A stretch of DNA of 19,957 bases from Myxococcota bacterium. GTDB lineage: Bacteria > Myxococcota_A > UBA796 > GCA-2862545. Shown here piece by piece: positions 17,378 to 19,957 of this stretch. Within the stretch, counting starts at the first letter, position 1. Every line of letters begins with the position of its first letter. Where the stretch lies: assembly GCA_039208735.1 (NCBI GenBank), contig JBCCQY010000174.1, forward strand, positions 1 to 19,957, read 5' to 3'. The position numbers were made by a program, and so were the translations under genes. The notes under the pieces are model-generated. The model did no database searches and had not been told where the DNA came from. It saw only the letters and a list, made by a program, of their open reading frames with translations.

Positions 17378-19321
17378 ATGTCTGGCGATCCCTTCTACAT
17401 CACCACGCCGATCTACTACGTGAACGGTACGCCTCATATCGGGCATGCCTACACAACCATCGCGGCCGATACGGCCACCCGGTACCACCGCATGCTCGGC
17501 CGACCGGCGCGATTCGTGACCGGCACCGACGAGCACGGCCAGAAGGTGCTCGAGGCCGCCGAAGCACGCGGGCTTAGCCCCAAGGCTCATGTCGACGACC
17601 TCGTTCCGAGCTGGAAGGCGATGATGGAGGGGATCGACATCTCGTACGACCGGTTCATTCGCACGACCGACTCGGACCATGAGGCCGTCGTCACTCGGGT
17701 GCTCCAGCGCCTATTTGACGAAGGCCTCATCTACCAGGACGTCTACGAGGGCTGGTACGTGGTCACCGATGAAGCGTTCATCACGGACAAGGACCGCGAG
17801 GCCCAAATCAAGTCCGGGAAAAAAACCGAAGCGGACTTCAAGAAGGTCGAAGAGACCAACTATTTCTTCAAGATGAGCCAATTCCAACAGCCGCTCATCG
17901 AGCACATCGAGGCCAATCCAACGTTCTTGCAGCCCGCGTCACGTCGCAACGAGGTGCTGGGGTTCCTGCGCAACGACTTGGGCGACCTTTGCATTTCGCG
18001 GCCCAAGGCACGCATGCGTTGGGGCATTGAGCTGCCGTTCGACACCGACTACGTTTGCTACGTCTGGTTCGACGCGCTGCTGAACTACCTGACCGCCGCC
18101 GGCTACACCGCTGAGAAAGGCGACCGCTCGCATGACGCGTGGTGGCCGGCCGTGCATCTCATCGGCAAAGACATCCTCACCACGCATTCGGTGTATTGGA
18201 CGACGATGCTCCTTGCGCTCGACGTTCCGCTTCCCAAGCAGATCTATGCTCATGGGTGGTGGCTTTCGAACGAGGACGAGAAGATCAGCAAATCGAAGGG
18301 GAACACCATCGATGTGGACCGTCTCTGCGAGTCCTTTGGCGTCGATCCCACTCGCTTCTTCTTCCTGTGTGAGATTCGGTTTGGGGCCGACGGCACCTTC
18401 TCTTACGACGGATTCCTCACGACCTACAACACCACCCTTGCCAACGACTTGGGCAATTTGATTCATCGCGGTCTGTCGATGACGAGCAAATGGTTGGGGC
18501 CCACCGTGCCCGCGCGCAATGCCCCTGACTCGGGTTTGCTCACCTTGGCCACGGACGCCGCCAAACGAGCCCACGAGGCCTTCGAGACCCTGCAGTTCAA
18601 GGACGCCATCGATGCGGTGTTCGAAGTAGTTGGAGCGGCCAACAAGCACATCGAAGACCAAAAGCCATGGGACAAGAACAAGGCTGGCGAGACCGAGGCT
18701 TTGGCCGCGGTGATGCGCGATGTGCTCGAGGTGTGCGCGTTTGCGGGGCTCTGGCTCCTCCCCGTGATGCCCACGAAAGCGGCCGAGGTGCTTCGGGCGG
18801 TCGGACTGTCCCCCGACGAAGCGGAGACCAAGCTCAGGGCGTTGGTGCAAGGCGAGTCGCAGTTGGACGTGCTCACCGAAGGCCAGCCCCTCGCGCCAGG
18901 AGACCCGATCTTCCCTCGTCATGTCGAGATGCCCCCGCTCATCGCGGAACTTCTCGCTCCCGAGGAGGAGGACGAAGGCGACATTGAACTGCCCGACCTC
19001 GATTGGATCGAGTTCCCGGACTTCGCGAAGATTCAGCTTCGCGTGGGCCACGTTCTCGAAGCGGGGTTGCACCCTGACGCAGACAAGCTGCTGGTGCTCA
19101 AGGTAGACATTGGCGAACGGCGCCCTCGCACCATTTGCGCAGGCATCAAAGCCGTGTTTCAGCCTGAACAGCTAGTCGGTCGCAAGGTCGTCGTGGTCGC
19201 AAATCTGAAGCCGCGCAAGATGCGAGGCATCGTCTCAGAAGGGATGATCCTCGCCGCAGGTGACAAGCAGGTTGTCGACCTGGTCAGCGTCGAGGCCCAC
19301 CCCGGTGAGACGGTGCGCTAA
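17378..19321 (+). CDS. metG: Methionyl-tRNA synthetase with C-terminal tRNA-binding OB domain
   Basis: YITTPIYYVNG.PHIGHAY, TGTDEHGQK, FIRTT, DLCISR, YVWFDAL.NY, HLIGKDI, KISKS and LANDLGNL; C-terminal HPDADKLL...VVVVANLKPRKMRG..SEGMILAA. GGAGG upstream. Confidence 0.98.
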   Translation: MSGDPFYITTPIYYVNGTPHIGHAYTTIAADTATRYHRMLGRPARFVTGTDEHGQKVLEAAEARGLSPKAHVDDLVPSWKAMMEGIDISYDRFIRTTDSDHEAVVTRVLQRLFDEGLIYQDVYEGWYVVTDEAFITDKDREAQIKSGKKTEADFKKVEETNYFFKMSQFQQPLIEHIEANPTFLQPASRRNEVLGFLRNDLGDLCISRPKARMRWGIELPFDTDYVCYVWFDALLNYLTAAGYTAEKGDRSHDAWWPAVHLIGKDILTTHSVYWTTMLLALDVPLPKQIYAHGWWLSNEDEKISKSKGNTIDVDRLCESFGVDPTRFFFLCEIRFGADGTFSYDGFLTTYNTTLANDLGNLIHRGLSMTSKWLGPTVPARNAPDSGLLTLATDAAKRAHEAFETLQFKDAIDAVFEVVGAANKHIEDQKPWDKNKAGETEALAAVMRDVLEVCAFAGLWLLPVMPTKAAEVLRAVGLSPDEAETKLRALVQGESQLDVLTEGQPLAPGDPIFPRHVEMPPLIAELLAPEEEDEGDIELPDLDWIEFPDFAKIQLRVGHVLEAGLHPDADKLLVLKVDIGERRPRTICAGIKAVFQPEQLVGRKVVVVANLKPRKMRGIVSEGMILAAGDKQVVDLVSVEAHPGETVR

Positions 19322-19434
19322 AGGCCGCAGGCAGCCCAAGCCACTTGGAGCCTGAGGGGTGTCTGGGACCTGGTGCGCGTGCCCAATAGTTCGTTGCCAC
19401 CATCGGCCTGCTGAGTGATCAGGTTCCTTCGTAG

Positions 19435-19643
19435 ATGGAGAAGCCAGTCGTGGATGTGGGTGCTCGGCGAGCCTAGCTGGAAGCGGTGATGCGCCAAGGG
19501 CGCGCAGAGCATCGCAGCGTGCAACAAGCGGAGATCGTGCTGCGGCACGTCTTCATGGGATGTCGGTGAGCGAAACGGCTCGGCGGTGCGGCGTCAGCAG
19601 ACCGACGGTTCGCAAATGGGCGTCGCGCTTTCGGGACAGTTGA
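19435..19643 (+). pseudogene. Disrupted N-terminal HTH of an IS630-like transposase
   Basis: MEKPVVDVGARRA*LEAVMRQGRAEHRSVQQAEIVL, with an in-frame TAG at 19474. After a frameshift near 19543-19556 it reads GMSVSETARRCGVSRPTVRKWASRFRDS*. This fits the IS630 pattern LE...R......RA.IVL...G.S....A...GVSR.TV.KW..RF. Confidence 0.7.
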
Positions 19644-19860
19644 CGGTCGCACGATGAGGCTCCTCGTCGTCGTCGACGAATACAGCCGGGAAGCGCTGAT
19701 GGTGCGGGCCCGGCGTTCGTTCCGGGGCACCGACGTCATCGATGCACTGACCGAGCTGTTTCGGCTCCACGGTGCGCCGAAGCACCATCGGTCGGATAAC
19801 GGGCCAGAGTTCATCACCAAGGCCGTGCGCGACTTCCCCAAGCGCATGAAGGTGGGAATG
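19636..19860 (+). mobile_element. IS3-family transposase (rve integrase core) internal fragment
   Basis: TVDGRTMRLLVVVDEYSRE...RG.DVIDAL..LF..HGAP....SDNGPEFI.KAVRD. It lacks the upstream W..DF motif and the downstream PGSPW.NG..E half. Confidence 0.88.
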
Positions 19861-19932
19861 GTCGGGTAGACCGCCGGGTCACTCCGACGGCCCCCCACAG
19901 ATCCGGACGTGCAGATTTCCCGCATCCGGACG
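19861..19932 (-). ncRNA. Group II intron 3' end (domains V and VI)
   Basis: The minus strand has CCGGATGCGGGAAATCTGCACGTCCGGATC (domain V), then TGT, then GGGGGGCCGTCGG-AGTGAC-CCGGCGGTCT-A-CCC-GAC. This is a domain VI stem with a bulged A 7 nt from a terminal AC. The IS3 similarity stops exactly at this boundary. Confidence 0.88.
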
Positions 19933-19957
19933 TCACTACACTTCTGTCAAGAAGATC

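Noticed and set aside
19318..19925. Minus-strand ORFs of 76, 150 and 64 aa
   Set aside because: They are read-throughs of intron domains V/VI and antisense IS fragments.

Overview
GC-rich bacterial DNA; the gene content suggests Myxococcota/deltaproteobacteria, but this is inference only. The left third is a translationally coupled MoxR-DUF58-Bat operon: moxR 3' end, DUF58, a lipoprotein, batA, a batB-batC fusion, batD and batE. Bases 1-119 are an exact inverted copy of 206-324 that replaces the rest of moxR, most likely a fold-back artefact. The middle is a tightly packed accessory block: a Bor-like lipoprotein, a large QKGPF-motif lipoprotein, a LysR regulator divergent from a SnoaL-SnoaL-alpha/beta-hydrolase triple fusion, and a wHTH-STAND-TPR regulator divergent from an unknown polytopic membrane protein. 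Next come a GWxTD/BamE-like exported protein, a GNAT and metG, which lacks the zinc-knuckle cysteines. The last ~550 bp are nested mobile-element debris: a broken IS630-like HTH, an IS3-family integrase fragment, and the 3' end (domains V-VI) of an antisense group II intron. No CRISPR array, tRNA or rRNA was seen. No clearly new multi-gene system can be demonstrated; the best candidates for uncharacterised biology are the LysR/triple-fusion enzyme pair and the STAND/membrane-protein pair.
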